From: Botryllus schlosseri
Lineage: Eukaryota
Assembly: GCA_051294905.1 (NCBI GenBank)
Contig: CM119371.1
Span: 9,922,001 to 9,986,000, forward strand
Length of the DNA stretch: 64,000 bases
Direction of reading: 5' to 3'
Each line of letters begins with the position of its first letter. Within the stretch, counting starts at the first letter, position 1. Position numbers and translations under genes: made by a program. This document shows, piece by piece, positions 61,951 to 64,000 of this stretch. The notes beneath the pieces are model-generated. The model worked only from the letters and a program-made list of their open reading frames with translations, searched no databases and was not told the origin of the DNA.

Positions 61951-63799
61951 ACCTGGCGGTAAATCTCGGTAATCGTGTGTTACCACTGAACACGCATTCT
62001 TTCGATTAAAAGTGCATGAGCCGTAACATATTTTCCACATTTTTGTTTTTGACGACCATTGCTCAAGAAAAAACAAGATTTCGAAACCATTCCGCAGAGT
62101 CCAAAGTTGCCCACTCCAAATTTAAACAATTCGCCAGACCTATGAGCTCTTACTGATTCGTTTTGTATTAAAAGCCTTGATAACTTTTGCAGTAGGCTAG
62201 ATGCGATATCCTATATATTCAACAGTTTTTTGCTGTTCGTGTACTGACTATTTTAATTTCGTCGTGTTTTTCCGGTGTCTGTGTAAGTATTCGAATCGAT
62301 TGGAGCATGCAGGATTGTGGTTGTCGACTTGTTAGCAGGAGATAACAGGTGGTACATATCAATCAGTGAAGCTCAGTAAAAGATGATCAGGGTAAAATTC
62401 GAGATTCTGAGTCTGATAAGACGTCAGTAATAATGGTGAAGTCAGTAATAACGTCAGTTATAATGGCTGTGCTTAGTATCCTTCTGCTTTTTCGAAGTCC
62501 TTGGAGATGACTTCTGGAAGAATGCAAAAACGTGGTATTCTCATGTAATAATGCCTATATTTAGATTTTTGTGAGGAAGGCCTTGGGAAACAGGTAATCG
62601 CAAAAGGTTTGCAACTGAGAAAGTCTAACTGCCGTGACTGATGATGAAATACTTAAAATACTGCTTTGGCATTTGCATCTTATACAGCTACCTATTCCGA
62701 AAGTACAATGGTAAGCGCACCGAACATAGTCGAAACTTTATTATCGCTGTTTCAGCTTGAAATAGACTAGCTATACGATTTTTTAGAACAGCTTAGCAGA
62801 AGTATAGTGTCGAGCGCAGATACGGAGCCGGATTGATGTAGATATATACGGTTCCGAAAAATATATTTAATCAAGATATTGATTCAAGATATCGACATTA
62901 TTGAAACATTATCTCGATTCAATTGTTTATATATGACCTAAACCGCTGATGCAAATGCAGTGAATGTTTAAATAGTACCATGATTAAGAAAGAATTATTG
63001 GAATTAATGTAAATCAAGTTCTGCAATGAAAGTTAAAAAAAATCAGATATTGCAATTGTAGACGAATTTCTCATTTCAGAGTCATCCCAATATTCAATGA
63101 AAGGCGAGTGTTTCTTAATCATCTTCCCATCGTATACCACCAATTTGTTTCTATTGCACTGCGTACCATCTGGTATGATAATGACTTATTTTAGTGAAAT
63201 GCATTTAATAAATTTAGCGTTATTACTATGCCATAACAACGATGAATGGCAAGAAAACAGACTTTTAATGTGATAAAAAAACTGTTTCGTGTCCACAAGC
63301 TTGTCTGCACATCTAGTTGAATGATTTCTTACAAGAACAAACTGCAAATGTAAACTAAAATAATCTAAAAATCGCCTAATTATTCGCGCCACCTCTTAAA
63401 ATGCTCTCGCGTACCCCTAATAGTGTTAGCCTACGTGTACCACAGTGTGAGAACCACCGAAATAAGGGTGGGTTTCAAATAGTCAACCTAATCCCGTCGT
63501 CGGGCTTAAGCTACACCCCTCAGCCCTAAGTCAATTTCAAAACTGTGACTTAAGGGGATTTCCCTCCCAGCGTGGTCTTTGTTAAGACAGATATCCAAGC
63601 CTGGTAGGGGGTAGGCTGAAGTCTCCTGTGCTGGTAACTGTTGTGCTGTTTTTTGGAGGAGGTAGGCCATTTTTCTGATGAACAGCTAGTCAAATCAGAT
63701 GATATTATTGTTTAGTGCTGTCAGGCAGTTTGGAGCAATGTTTTATCACATAACGTGATCCATCTTGTCATGAACGTGACAATCTGATATGATATACCG

Positions 63800-63930
63800 T
63801 TATATAATGGGATTTACAGTGAACAAATGCTGCAGGGTTCTTCATAAGCAGATCTCATTTGAAATGGATAGCCAGAGCCCTGAGCACTGGACACCTCAGC
63901 ACTTCTCCCATAACCGCACCATATTGTATC
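63800..63930 (-). pseudogene. hAT transposase remnant (CxxH region)
   Basis: YGAVMG, frameshifted GVQ, then MKNPAAFVHCKSH (63845-63807), matching the hAT A..M.G...GV and P.A..VHC..H motifs. Confidence 0.5.
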
Positions 63931-64000
63931 AAGTAATGTTCCCTATGACCACCGTAACCCTCGTCATCTGACTCCAATCAATTTGGTTACGAATATGATA

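Overview
Eukaryotic (invertebrate metazoan, roughly 40% GC; possibly a tunicate, low confidence) genomic window dominated by transposon-filled introns and intergenic DNA. Almost all ORFs in the supplied track are spurious. Two real genes are on the minus strand. The first is a spliced SLCO/OATP4-like organic anion transporter: 9 coding exons from 29150 to 562, 478 codons in consistent phase, with its 3' end lying left of the window. The second is an intronless SLC49/FLVCR-like MFS transporter (54595-56019). Its 16.8-kb first intron of the SLCO gene appears to hold an antisense, decayed class-A GPCR pseudogene split by a SINE and a three-level nest of hAT MITEs. About 20 non-autonomous DNA transposons are delimited by TIRs and TSDs (hAT Buster-type and Ac-type, a tandem PIF/Harbinger pair, a CACAC-ended TA-TSD element). 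There are also several tRNA-derived SINEs, including MetaSINE-like copies, a 5'-truncated LINE tail and two decayed hAT transposase remnants. The most striking signal is a recent insertion at 6445-6767 with a perfect 81-bp inverted repeat, each arm carrying a minimal type-I hammerhead ribozyme motif with a U3-A8 core variant, as expected for a Penelope-like pseudo-LTR. All calls were made by eye; no searches were run.
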